A stretch of DNA of 63,995 nt, filler included, from Dugesia japonica (Eukaryota): assembly GCA_001938525.1 (NCBI GenBank). It is 6 parts of 6 records of this genome, joined end to end, with 100 filler letters (N's around TTAATTAATTAA, not from the genome) between each part and the next. Parts side by side here need not be neighbours in the genome. Positions count along the whole stretch, not along the records: positions 45,463 to 53,655 come from MQRL01189706.1; positions 53,756 to 63,995 come from MQRL01343090.1; 4 more parts are not named here. The stretch is one strand, 5' to 3'. Numbering within the stretch: the stretch's first letter is position 1; each line of letters opens with the position of its first letter. The notes under the pieces are model-generated. The model searched no databases, had not been told where the DNA came from, and saw nothing but the letters and a program-made list of their open reading frames with translations. Positions 51,001-62,849 of the stretch are shown piece by piece. The position numbers and the translations under genes are program-made.

Positions 51001-52030
51001 TATGCTAGGGATTACCTTTTCACAACTTTGAAATTAATCCATTTAGTCGTATTGCCGATCCTTACTTCCACCTCAAATATTCCTTTGGTACTTAATGAAC
51101 TGTCGTTAGTGCACCGTAGTCTGTCCTTGGTTGTTAATTACGGGAAATCCTTGAACTTGTTAAACACATCCATACCCATCACATTAATTCTTGCTCCGGT
51201 ATCCAGTAGGCATTCAAACTCTATGTTTTGGATTTTTATCGCAATGCTCGGTCTACCCTGCATTATATCATATCTAACCACACCTTCCCCCCATTCTTCT
51301 AGTGTTTCGATAGTTGGTTCCACTGATGTTCCTCCCTTGATTACTGATATTTCTTTCTTTTAAAAATTATAAACTCGTTCTTTGAAATCATCCCCTATAT
51401 TATTTATATGACTAGTTTTACTATAACTATCGATATTTTGGGGATCACCCATTAGATTTTGAGTTCTACAGCTCCTACCATCTCCCTTGTTGGTGGAGCT
51501 TTTCCGTTTGGGTTTCTCATTGATTCAAATACGTTTGCGTCATATCTGTTGTTACCATATCTAACGTCTTCAAATATGTCGTCCTCATAATTCTTGTTCC
51601 TTGTCTCATCATCTTCCACTGCATTGATGTTAACATATCTAACTGGATATGGGAACCCTTTTTACCTCATTTCTCTTATATTCCTAAGGATATTTGTTCC
51701 ATTTCTTGTACTCCATCTTTGTGAAACAGTCTTCGGTTTTATGACCGTTTTTGTTGCATTTTCCGCTCTTTATATTATTGCACTGTCTTCTGATATGTCC
51801 TACACTTCCACATACATATCATGTAGAAGGATTTCTGTCTGGGCACTCCCGACTTATGTGACCCAATTTGTGACAGTTCCAACATTCTACTTTCCCTGTT
51901 CTGAACTCTCTACTGGTATTTGGCCATTTGAAAGTTGATTCCTGCATCCTTGGTGTCGTTCTTTTCGGTTCATTATATAATGCCTCCTTGTAGCTACGCA
52001 TCACGGTTATTCCTTCTATCTTTTTGGCAA
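48016..52030 (-). mobile_element. Ty3/gypsy LTR retrotransposon, decayed: gag knuckle-PR-RT-RH-IN-PPT-3'LTR
   Basis: CWNCHKLGHISREC; LLDTGA; MPFG...YLDD; TDAS...TDHKA; H..AH..C..C and IDIAGP...SPYHH...VER; GPF motif. PPT aaagaaagggga, then a putative LTR TG (48331)...CA (48016). Confidence 0.92.
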
Positions 52031-52039
52031 TTCTTGAAA

Positions 52040-53655
52040 TATATTGTATTTATTGTATTTATGTAGATAACATAAAAGTAATAGCCTTATTATCCGTTCG
52101 AAGAATAAATTTTTTACCATACAAAAAATGATTGAAGTGTTCAGTGAAATAAAAAATAGATAACAATTCCTTTCTTGTAATACAATAACCTCTTTTGTGT
52201 GAACTCATTGCATGTGATCCATAAGCAATAACTCTTTCGTTTCTAATTGTGAGAGTATTGCTCCGATTGCATCAAACCTAGCGTCTGTGTCCAAAAAAAA
52301 CTTTGTTGAAATCCAGATATGCTAACACTGGAGTTTTCTGTAAAGCAATTTTTATTTGATTAAACGACTCATCACACTGATCAGACCAAATCAACGTTTC
52401 ATTACTTTTACCACACAATGACTCTGGAATTCTAGCCTTTTCTGAGTACTTATTTATAAATTTTTGATAATAATTACATAATCCTAAGAAACTTCTCAAA
52501 CTCTTAATAAATTTTGGCATTTCAAATTACTTATTGCTTCAATTTTACTTTGATCTGTGTCTATTTCCTCACTTGTAATAATATGTCCAAGAAATTTAAC
52601 TTCTTTTTTCAATAACGAACATTTTTCTGGATTAATTCTTAAACCTGCAGTTTTTATTCTACTTAACACATTATTTAAACAAATCATATGCTCTTCCAAG
52701 AAATTAGAAAAAAATAAGATATCATCCAAATAAACCAAGGCTTTGACACCAATTATCCCGATTAATACTTTATTCATAAGTTCTTGTAATGTTCCTAAAA
52801 CAGCAGCAATACCAAATTGCATTCTTATAAAACAAAATTGCCCTAATTTTGTTGAAAATGCTCTTTTCTCGTAATTTTTCATCCAATTCCACTTGATAAT
52901 AAGCATGTCCAAGGTCAATTGAGCTAAAATAACGTGCACCATGTAAAGTATCCAACAATTCTTCCACATCTGGCATCGGGAAAGCTTGTCTAACAGTTAT
53001 TTTATTTAGTTGTCTAAAATCTTATATTTTTTTATCTTTCTTCCATACTCACACTAATGGTGTATTCCACGGTGAATTACATTTCCTGATAATATTATTT
53101 TCATATAAATTTTGAATAGCATCGTTGATTTTATTTTTNCAAATTTACAGGTTGGCGTCTAGATTTCATTAAAATTGGACCTCCTTCCGTTATTATCGAA
53201 TGTTTTATCAAATTTGTAGATCCCATTTCCCACGCGTCTACCATGAAAGCTGCCTTGTCTTTACTTATTATATGTTATAATTCAGAATTTTTGTCTATTT
53301 TAAAAGTTTTCATAGCCTTCTCAAATCTTTGCTCTACAGTTACTTCCTTAACAAAATTTGCAATAATTTAGCATACTTGATAATTAATTTGTTCTTCTTT
53401 TACCGATTCTATTTTAAGCTTAATATTAAATTTCTTTTGTAAATCAATCCCACCAATAACAGTTGGAGATAATTTGTCCACTACAATAAATTCAATTCAT
53501 TTGGTACAACCATTAATTTCAGTTTTCAATTTTGCCTTTCCTAAAGTCTTAATAATACTGTCATTTGCTGCTCTTAATCTATCATTTGTCCTTTCAATTT
53601 TTACATCCACCATATTTTAAAGTATTTTACCATCAATAACATTTACTCTAGCTCC
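52040..53655 (-). mobile_element. Second Ty3/gypsy pol remnant (PR-RT-RNase H)
   Basis: GARVNVID; NSPWNTPLV; FSSIDLGHAYYQV; VYLDDIL; LRSFLGLCNYY; DA.FDAIGAIL; YCITRKELL. Confidence 0.9.
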
Positions 53656-54157
53656 NNNNNNNNNNNNNNNNNNNNNNNNNNNNNNNNNNNNNNNNNNNNT
53701 TAATTAATTAANNNNNNNNNNNNNNNNNNNNNNNNNNNNNNNNNNNNNNNNNNNNGACCATTTTTTGGAATTTCGAGTATACTTATTGCCATTTTTATTT
53801 TCGATACCAGGTGTTTCACCCCAACAATAATAATAATGGTCAGAATGATCAAAATAGTTCATGGTGCAATTAATAGTTCATAGTGTGAATTCACTCTGAA
53901 TTTGGATTGCAAATCGAATATTAGTTTGTTTGGTTGATCTGGATTTNNNNNNNNNNNNNNNNNNNNNNNNNNNNNNNNNNNNNNNNNNNNNNNNNNNNNN
54001 NNNNNNNNNNNNNNNNNNNNNNNNNCTGCATGTATATTTAATATTGGTTATAAGGTTGAAGGTTAGTTTTCCTCATCAAATAAAGTATTACTAAAATAAT
54101 TACTTATTCAATAACGCAGGAGCACTACATAAATTATATATAGTTTAGCATTTACTA

Positions 54158-54410
54158 TTCATTAAAATAAAAGCTTCGATCAAATTTTTTAGCTTTTGAT
54201 AATTTTTCGAATTTTTGACTTAGTCTTCATCAGGAATGGATTTTTGGAAAGTCACTTAAAGTCAATTCTTGACGAAGACTAAGTCAAAAATTCGAAATAT
54301 TATCAAAAACAAAAAAATTTGATCGAAGCTTTTATTTTAATGAACTCTGAAAAACGATCAATGGTTACGTCCAACAATTATTCTCGCAATAATTGTAATT
54401 GTAAAATAAT
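54158..54410. mobile_element. Solo inverted Penelope pseudo-LTR insertion with 8-bp TSD
   Basis: 80-bp inverted arms at 54158-54237 and 54265-54344. 54340-54407 matches the first codons of the PLE ORF at 23863(-). ATTTACTA is present at both 54150-54157 and 54411-54418. Confidence 0.8.
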
Positions 54411-55388
54411 ATTTACTAGTTATATATTGTAAGTTAAGTGACACGGAAACTTTTTTTTAACATTTTATAACTTAAATTCATATAGTTGTTGATTTTGGTT
54501 ACCAAAATTCAGTAAACTATCTCAACAGAAAGCTGGTAAATACAATTTTAATATAATGTTTCATAGAGGGTTTTATTAGTGATTTTTTGACTGAATTAGT
54601 TTGGTCGCATTAATAAGTGGCTTACATACTCCAAGTAGTAGCAGAACCGATTCATATACAGGAACCCAAAGTAACAGATAAGGAGTCATGTGCCATCTGT
54701 ACAGATTGAAGGATACCAGATTCTTCGAAAGACAATGGGAATTAATATACTTGAAATTTACTGTTTAAATATTTTTAACTTATCATTATACTGAGCTATA
54801 AATTAAATTAAAATTTGATATAGATAAAAATGGATATTATTCGTCAAATTTTAAGTGACTTAGTAGCATTCTAATTTTGTAAGACTACAACTTCTATCAA
54901 TCGTTTCCATACAAAAGAGTTTAAGGATCATTGATTTTTTTCACTGTTTCATTAAATTAAAATCAAAATTTCAAAAATATAATTTTCTATTTTACAAAAA
55001 ATCGCTTATTTTAAACCTTTTTAAATTTATTAATGATTGAAATAATTTTTGAAATAAATTTTTTAAAATGATGAGCCAATACTTGAATTTCTTTATAAAT
55101 GGTCTTATAACAAAAATTCACAAAAAAGGTCTATGATTATGTATTACATTTATAATTGATATTTTCATAATTTCAGTTAAAATTAAATTTTCATATTTTA
55201 AGGTTTTTATTTTGAAGTAAATTTACAGAGTGATTAAATAAATTTTGAACTAATATTGTTATTTACATAATAGAATATGGAAATATAAATTAAATTAAAT
55301 TAATTTAAACTATAAGCTTAAGAATTTTGAATACTTTTGTGTTTTAATCAATTATATTGTTTCTTTAATTAAATTTTGTCGTGGCAAT

Positions 55389-56123
55389 ATGCGAAAAATT
55401 TCTTTAATATTGATATTATGTCAATTTATTTTTAAAGCTAGAGCATATTATATTACTGTCGATGCAAATTCAGAAGATTGCTTCTTTGACAGATTAGTTT
55501 CTGGTGCTAAAATGATGCTAATGTTTGAAGTTGTCGAAGGTGGATTTTTGGACATAGATGTTAAGGTTAATTGTTGCTCAATATTTTTTTCCAATTTAAT
55601 AATAACAGGTTTATGGACCTGATAGCAAGTCAATTTATGCTGGGGATAGAGAATCTAATGGTAAATACGCATTCTCAGCTCATGTTGACGGCATTTATAA
55701 GTATTGCTTTAGTAACAAAATGAGCACAATGACACCTAAAGTAATAATGTTTTCTATGGATATTAGTCAAAAGCAAAGAGAAACTAAAGAAATGAACACA
55801 GATGGTATTGAATTTTAATTTTTTAATATCGTTATAAATATTTTAGCTCATCAAAATAAATTAGAAGATATGGTTTATGAATTAAGCAATTCTCTTTTAA
55901 ACGTAAAGCACCAGCAAGAATATCTTGAAGTTCGAGAGAAAGTTCATCGATCAAGTATGCAAATTAAAATGATCTAATAATTATATAATTTAATTAAGTT
56001 AACGAGAACACAAATTCCAGAGTTGTTTTATGGTCGGCTTTTGAGGCAGTTTTGCTTTTATCCATGACAATTGGTCAAGTTTATTATTTGAGAAGGTTTT
56101 TTGAGGTTCGACGCGTTGTTTAG
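55389..56123 (+). CDS. TMED2: p24 beta / TMED2, complete; exons 55389-55565, 55609-55804, 55847-55954, 55999-56123 (201 aa)
   Basis: Signal peptide, GOLD domain ([15 protein letters not shown]...[13 protein letters not shown]...[13 protein letters not shown]), coiled coil, TM segment and C-terminal FFEVRRVV*. Three GT-AG introns of 42-44 bp. Confidence 0.97.
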
Positions 56124-56268
56124 TATAAATTGTAATACATGGATCATTTTCAAATCTAATGTCACAAAGTTTATGACTAACTTCAAATTAATTAAATTTA
56201 ATTAATTAATGTAAATCTAACTTATTTGAAATGCTTTTGTACAATTATTATTCAAGTCAAATATCATA

Positions 56269-56320
56269 ATGCCACCTAAACGTGTTAAATCTAAATATTT
56301 TCTATTTGAATTGGTTTCTG
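56269..56320 (+). CDS. Possible first exon of a mitochondrial ribosomal protein L33-like gene
   Basis: MPPKRVKSKYFLFELVS followed by a GTGAGT donor. Resembles the KSKxILVxxxS start of bL33m. No downstream exon found. Confidence 0.35.
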
Positions 56321-58039
56321 GTGAGTTGTGATTTTATTTTTATTAAAGAAATTTGTTTTGATGTTTTTTTGGCTTTTACTTTAAAACTTTAATTTACTGC
56401 AAACAAGAATTTTAAAATATTTAATTTTGAAGTTGAGGTCGCACAATTTCCGGAAAATTTTAAGTAAGCGTTTTTGGTCATCGATGCTGATGTTCTTTTC
56501 AAAGTTTGCTTTAATTTAAATAAAACTAAAATTTATGAATTTACCAATTATTAATGATTGGAATTAATCTTTGTCAAATTGTTGTTTATTATCTCTGAGT
56601 TGTATGAATAATTCAAATAGATTAGAAATTTCGTTCAATTATTCGGCATAACCATCTAAAAGTGATTCTTTGAACTTATTTTATTAGGCCTTTGCTAATC
56701 TGTAGATTTCTTTTGAGGTTGGTAAAAACCGCTTAATTGAGCTGCACCTGAACTGCGACTTCTTGGCCCGATAGAACGGTTCCGATTATCCGAAGTAACA
56801 CGAAAATGTTAATTGATTTCGTTTTCCATGTTTTCGGCCAAATATGCGACTGGATCGAATATTCGGTTATCTAATTAAGTGGGTTTAACTGTACTTGTTA
56901 CTTCAGTTATCCTCATTGAGCATGTCAAGTTTATGTCGAAATTCTTGAGTACAGTGAAATTAGTCTTTCAATTTAGATAGCCGTTACTGATTAACAAGAT
57001 TCTCAATGAAGTGGTTTGTATTAGATAGATATTAAAAGAAATTACAACATGGTTCTATCCTATAATCATCAAAATGATCGCAATACAAATTATTAACCTT
57101 ATTTTTAGGCTATATTTTAGCCGATTTTTTTGAATTCTTTTAATTAAAAACCCATTTTACGGTCTCTGCTTGTAATTATATCGTTACGTAGGCTAAATAT
57201 AAATTTATGCATACATACGTATTTAGTCAAGACTCCGCCATCCGTACGCAAAATCCAATTATTCTGCCTATCCAATTATCAGTGCCTACNTGGTATATGG
57301 ATTACCTCTAATCGTGCAACTTGCAACCAATCATATTGCTTCATAAAGTACGAATATCTTTGTATAACGTGAAACCTGGAACCAATAATTTGCTATGCTG
57401 TCATGGTATTTCATAAAATGATATCAAACTATTAATTATTGTGATAAAAATCTAATAATAAACTAACTCGTCGTGATTTATTGAGGGAATACGATATAAA
57501 TTAATTTCTCATTAAATCACAATATACTCGAGTTCATGAAGTCCATCGTCATATAATACCAATTTAACCAAGAATTTTAGAACAAATTACATTAAACGAT
57601 GTTACGAGGATGACACAGATGATATAAAACCAACTACTCTCACTAAAGCTTTCCTTGTTCCTTTATTGACCTATATGAGTAACTGAGACAAATTGTTGAC
57701 CGTAGCCTGATAAATTATCATTGTCTTAGTAATGAATGTCGGGTGGTACGAAGCCGGAGAAACATTACGATGTTGTTACTTTTGAAACCCTTATAATAAA
57801 TATGCTAGATTCCTGATAATTCGACAAAACCAACACTTGCCAGAGCATATAGACCAGAAGGCCAAGGTCACCTTTGAACGGTAGACGTATTAATAGTGGG
57901 AACCGGAACAAGAAATACAATACATTTCTTCATAACCTCCAACATTTCCCATTCCTTCATTTACTGAAAAGTTCGACTAGGGTTAGAGACAGTAATAAAT
58001 AAAATTAACAATTATAAACTCTGCTTCTTTTATTGCGTT

Positions 58040-58690
58040 CAATCGAATTTGGAATTAACTAAACGTTTATTTATCATTGATAAGTTAAACATTGTAGTGA
58101 AAAATCGTTGGAGTAAGTTGTCCGTCCCGCTAAAGAAAGTCCCGGAGGACAGTGAGGTCAAATAAATGTTCTGTGAGTTACATCTCATGATCAAGCAACA
58201 TAATGAGGCCCAAATATCTACTGCATTTGACAAAGTTAAGCATTACCGAAAGTGGTGTATAAAATATAAGTAACTCGCAGATGAGACCCGTAACTAGGAA
58301 AGGTTCTGTAAATCCCAATTCGATACTTTGACCGAGCTGATAAGCTAGTCCTCTGAACGATAAGCACAATTGGCCTAAAGTATTGCCCAATAATCACTAT
58401 TCACATTAACCTGAATCTTGAGTTAATTTTCTGTATTTTAGTAAATAATAATTATTTACTATCGACTCTAAACAAGGCCCCAATATATGATTCGAAGGTT
58501 ACGGGCTGAACGGCGTATCCGCGTCTTACAAGAAGCCCAAATAAAACGAACTCTGCCTAGGAAAGAGGTGCACAGAAAGAGCTGAAGACAATCCAGAAGC
58601 TACAATTGGATATCCAGTTTAGACGATTACACCACAAGATGGGGTTTTTAATACATTACATCACCGATTTGGCCAGCGTTCGTTATGTCT
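58040..58690 (-). mobile_element. Highly degraded BEL/Pao LTR element (RNase H/integrase) remnant
   Basis: EPFLVTGL, IWASLCCLIMR...LTSLSSGTF...LQRF and ASGLSSALSVHL...WASCKTR loosely follow Pao motifs. Confidence 0.4.
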
Positions 58691-60028
58691 TAATATGTTT
58701 GGTATAGTCAATTTACTTTCCTGAGCTTTCAAATCAATATCTATTTTGGTTTCTAAGATATAAGTCTTTCCTGATTTTCAACTTTCTTTTCTGAATCCTC
58801 TTCATCAATTACTATTACATTTTCAAAAACTTTTAATTGAAAATAATAAAATTTCTTTTATTAATTTTATTCTTGATCTCTTATTCTTTACCAACTCCAG
58901 TTTCTCTTGGTTCCTTACCGTACTATNTTAATATATGACAGCATATTTGGGTAATCGTTGATTTTTTCCTGAATCTCTTATTTTTTTACGCATTATCGAT
59001 TTTATTTTTCGAGTTATCACTTATTTTGTTGATAAACTTCTTAGATAACTCTCTTAGATTTTTAAATTCAGACTACTGTAGCACATAGTTGAAAACCTTA
59101 TACTACTAATAAAGGAAGTCCACAAACTGTCCCTTTCTGAATTTGATGATATTTGGTATATAGTTAGTACACCGTGAGAATAGCATATTTTTAAAATAAT
59201 ACGCTCCATTTCGAAATAGAAAAAAAAGTTATATAACTTTGAAAAATTTATTCGATCAGGTAATGATTCTAGTTAATGAAATAAACGAAAACNTTCGAAA
59301 TTATAGATTTAAGAATACATTTAATCTGAATTTGCAAGCTAAAGAACTTCATCAAATTAACGAGAGAAATCAACAAATTTACTTGTAATTTCGAAACCCA
59401 ATTTTTATATAATCACGTGAATAATATCTGCTGATTGGAAATAATTATCTCCTTTATTACTATGCTAGCAAAATGTTTCAAGCAATTTTGGTCTAAAGTT
59501 AGTAAAAAGCTGATAAATCAAGCTAAGGAACCATCCGTAACTTACGTACGCACTGAGGGGTAGTGGTTAGATTCAGGAGATTATGCGTATGGAGAGCGGT
59601 CTCTGCTGAATGCAAACGTATGCATTTAAACACGATATTAAAAATAGTATAACAAATATCTAGGGACGTTGGATAAAATTTTGGTAGAAGCATAGTAGGG
59701 GGTGTTCTAAAAAATGCACTGGGTGCAAAAGGGAGATCGGTAATGAAAATGAATTTTTCCGTATTAATACATGGATGCCCTATATAAATTAGTTCAATAA
59801 ATTATGTTCTTCAATTTGATTGGTCAATCAAGAATGAACATAATTGTTGGGAATTGTATGACTGATTAAGTTCAAGGTTATTACGGAAAATTATACAATC
59901 AATAATGATCTAGATCTTCTTTATCTTGAATTAATTAATATCAAATTAAATAAGACAAAGCACGAATTCTCAAATTTTATTTTACCAAAATATCTAATTT
60001 CTGTTTATAAATAATAATTTTGTACACA

Positions 60029-60457
60029 TCATCTCACATTGTCATTCAAATGCAAAACATTGGTATTTATATAGTGCCACCCTTCACAATCGATCATATG
60101 ATCCTTTACTATGACTACTGAAGTCGATACTACTTTTCTAGAATTGCCATCATCATCTACACGCCGAAGACCAGAAATTTCCCCTAACCTGTGCTTTGAA
60201 GGAAACTAAATAATGTAAAAATTAATAGTTCAACTAAAAAAAACAATATAAATCACATGAATAAATGGAACATTATTATTAATGCAAAGACTTTGAATTA
60301 ATGAAATTATTGCACGTTCTTCTGTGTCGTCAGCTCCAACACATAGAACTGCTGATTGTCGCTCTAGTGACTTAACACTTTCCTTAAGTCCACGACATAA
60401 AATGTTTAATGCGAAAGCTCGATGAAAAATATCGGTAAGAGCAGAGTCAAGATTCAT
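60029..60457 (-). CDS. RPS12: Divergent 40S ribosomal protein S12 (eS12); exons 60257-60457 and 60029-60205 (125 aa)
   Basis: MNLDSALTDIF...LCRGLKESVKSLERQSAVLCV...SLC, then a 51-bp GT-AG intron, then RLGEISGLRRVDDDGNSRKVVSTSVVIVKD. The true start may lie upstream. Confidence 0.85.
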
Positions 60458-61064
60458 TTTTTCATCGAAAGCGAAAATCTATCTCTGAATAATGGAAATA
60501 AATTGTACAAAAATAATTTTTTTTTATAATTATAAAAATTATTGTAATTAGAATGTATTTAACAATAGACTAATTATTCTAGCACAAGAACTTACAATCC
60601 ATATTAAAGCATGCAAAAATTTTAAAAAGTGATGTAAAAGCAATATTTAAATAAATTCATAAAACAAAATCAAGTAATACAAATATTAAGTGAAATATAG
60701 TTAGTTACTGAATTAATTTTTGATCTTATTTTTCAGTTATTTTATTCACATATTTTAATATTACTTTACAATTATAAAATATGGGAATGTCAAAAATATG
60801 TCCAACATTCCAAATTTTAATAATTAAGAGTTAAAAAGTAGTAATTGCTTGAAGAATATAATTTGCATCGATAATATAATCATATACTCATGAAGAAAGG
60901 CTAAGAATATTCATTAAATTCTCAAAGATAATCTTGTTTTTAGTACAAATGAATACAGAAGAAAGAGAATAGTATTAACTTATACCATTTAGTTATATGA
61001 GTGTCTTCATGATTACTACGCTTTATGTTATATTTACGTTTTTCTACAATTATAAGTAATATGC

Positions 61065-61980
61065 CAGGGATGGCAAATAAGATTTGATCGCCGTGCCAAA
61101 TTTAGATAAAAATTTATAACAATTTTCTTCGCGTACCAGTATTTATGTCTAATATTTATCATATCTAAATAGACATATTGCTATAAGTTCATGTACTTAT
61201 ATTTATTGAATAGAAAGAAATGGTACAAAATTAAAATATAAAAGTTAATGTTCTAATAAATTAATTTTTTTATTACAAGTTTTGTGCTTCATGCTAGCTG
61301 CAAGGATTTTAATATCAGGCTGGTATGTTGTCTATTGCAAGGTAATGCATTCTGCCGAATCTGCCTCTGCCAATCTGTTCCTATTCTTTGAATGTACTTG
61401 ATTTAAAACAGAAAATAGACTTTTGCAAGAGTAAGCGGAAGAGAAAATGGTTAACAATGAGATTGCTAACTTTTTAATAGAACCAAAGTCATCTGGCATA
61501 CTGTTCCATGCTTCTAGAATTGAGTTTTCAATGCGACATTCAGATACTTCATCATATAATAATCGATGATATTCCAATTGTTCGATATGTTTCCGCATAT
61601 TTACAAATTTTTCTACCCAAATGGGACTAGATTGGAGATCCATAATTTGCATTTCTAAATTTTCTAATTCCATCCAATTAAGAAGATTACTATCAAAATC
61701 CTGCATATCAAATAAGTCAGGATAATTCACAATTTTGATTAATTTCTCAATTTTTTAAAAATCTTTAAATCTTTGTGAGAACTGTTGTTTAATAGAATCA
61801 AGAATTTTTAAAAATTCATCAGTAAAGTTCCAATTTGTTTTTCAAAAATTTTCTGTTTCATTCATAAATATTTTAAATTTTGAGATATATTTAAATATGC
61901 TAGATTCGATATTTCTAACAAAAATATCCAATTTAATTTCAAATGCCTTTATTAGCCCAAGCATATTAAATATGCGCACA
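61065..61980 (-). mobile_element. hAT (SPIN/GTF2IRD2-like) transposon 3' end
   Basis: AWNSMPDDFGSIKKLAISLLTIFSSAYSCKSLFSVLNQVHSKNRNRL (hAT dimerisation domain). TIR CAGGGATGGCAAA at 61065. Confidence 0.88.
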
Positions 61981-62459
61981 TTTACAATCTGTGGTGCACA
62001 CTTTAGTTTGTTTTGATTTATTGAGTCTAATTCTTTTATCAGTTAATTCTCTGCACCAAATTTTATAATAATCAACATATTTTGTTTTGTTAACATGAAT
62101 AAAACAAAGACTTCATTATTTATGGCTTTTATATCATTTAAGCTATATTTATTATTTACTAACACAGTGGATTGATCCATGTTAGTAAAATCATAAATTT
62201 TTAGTGGGTATATTCAAATCGTTCAAGTTCATAATCATAATAGAAATTGTCATTTGAGATTTTCTAAAAAATATTTAAGTATCACGACCCTCAGATCTTA
62301 CTCCCTTTAATATGGGGAACACTATGAAGGAAAGTGAAGGATTCTGTCAAGTTCTTAGAATTTTAGATTTTTAAAAAACATTTGAAATTACAACATAAAC
62401 AAATTTTAATTTATATGATATTGTTTCCTTTCTCAGTTGAGATATTAAGGTTTCAATAA

Positions 62460-62770
62460 ACGACGAATTCAACAGATATTTAATCATTAGTGGTTTAAAA
62501 AATCTGAGGCATACATTTTGAACGATTTATTCATTTGAAATGATCAAAATAAAAATAAAATAAGGAAATCATTTTGGTTGTTTGGTTTTAGCTCTACCGT
62601 ATCTAACTAATAACAAGTTTTGCTATTTTGATTCTTGCGGATTACCTCCAACAAATGAAATTGAAGAATTTTTGAATCGTGAAAAATTAAAATATGATTA
62701 GAATAGAATCCAAGTTAAACAAGATAATACAAATATTTATGAAGTTTTATCAATTAATTTTTTATAAAAT
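62460..62770 (+). pseudogene. Maverick/Polinton adenain-like cysteine protease remnant
   Basis: GNHF...CYFDSCGLPPTNEIEEFL...NRIQVKQDNT resembles the GxHW...YFDSFG..P...Q.Q..CG pattern; the catalytic Cys is lost. Confidence 0.65.
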
Positions 62771-62849
62771 GAAAGAATTTCTTTCGTCGAAATAATCTCC
62801 CCAGGAAATAAATCTAGAAACTAACGCTAGTATAAAAAGAACAAAAATA

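Noticed and set aside
60596-60602. Upstream ATG mini-exon for RPS12 (ATGGATT|GTAAG)
   Set aside because: Its phase does not fit any AG acceptor before 60457 without a stop or frameshift. It may be a 5'UTR exon.
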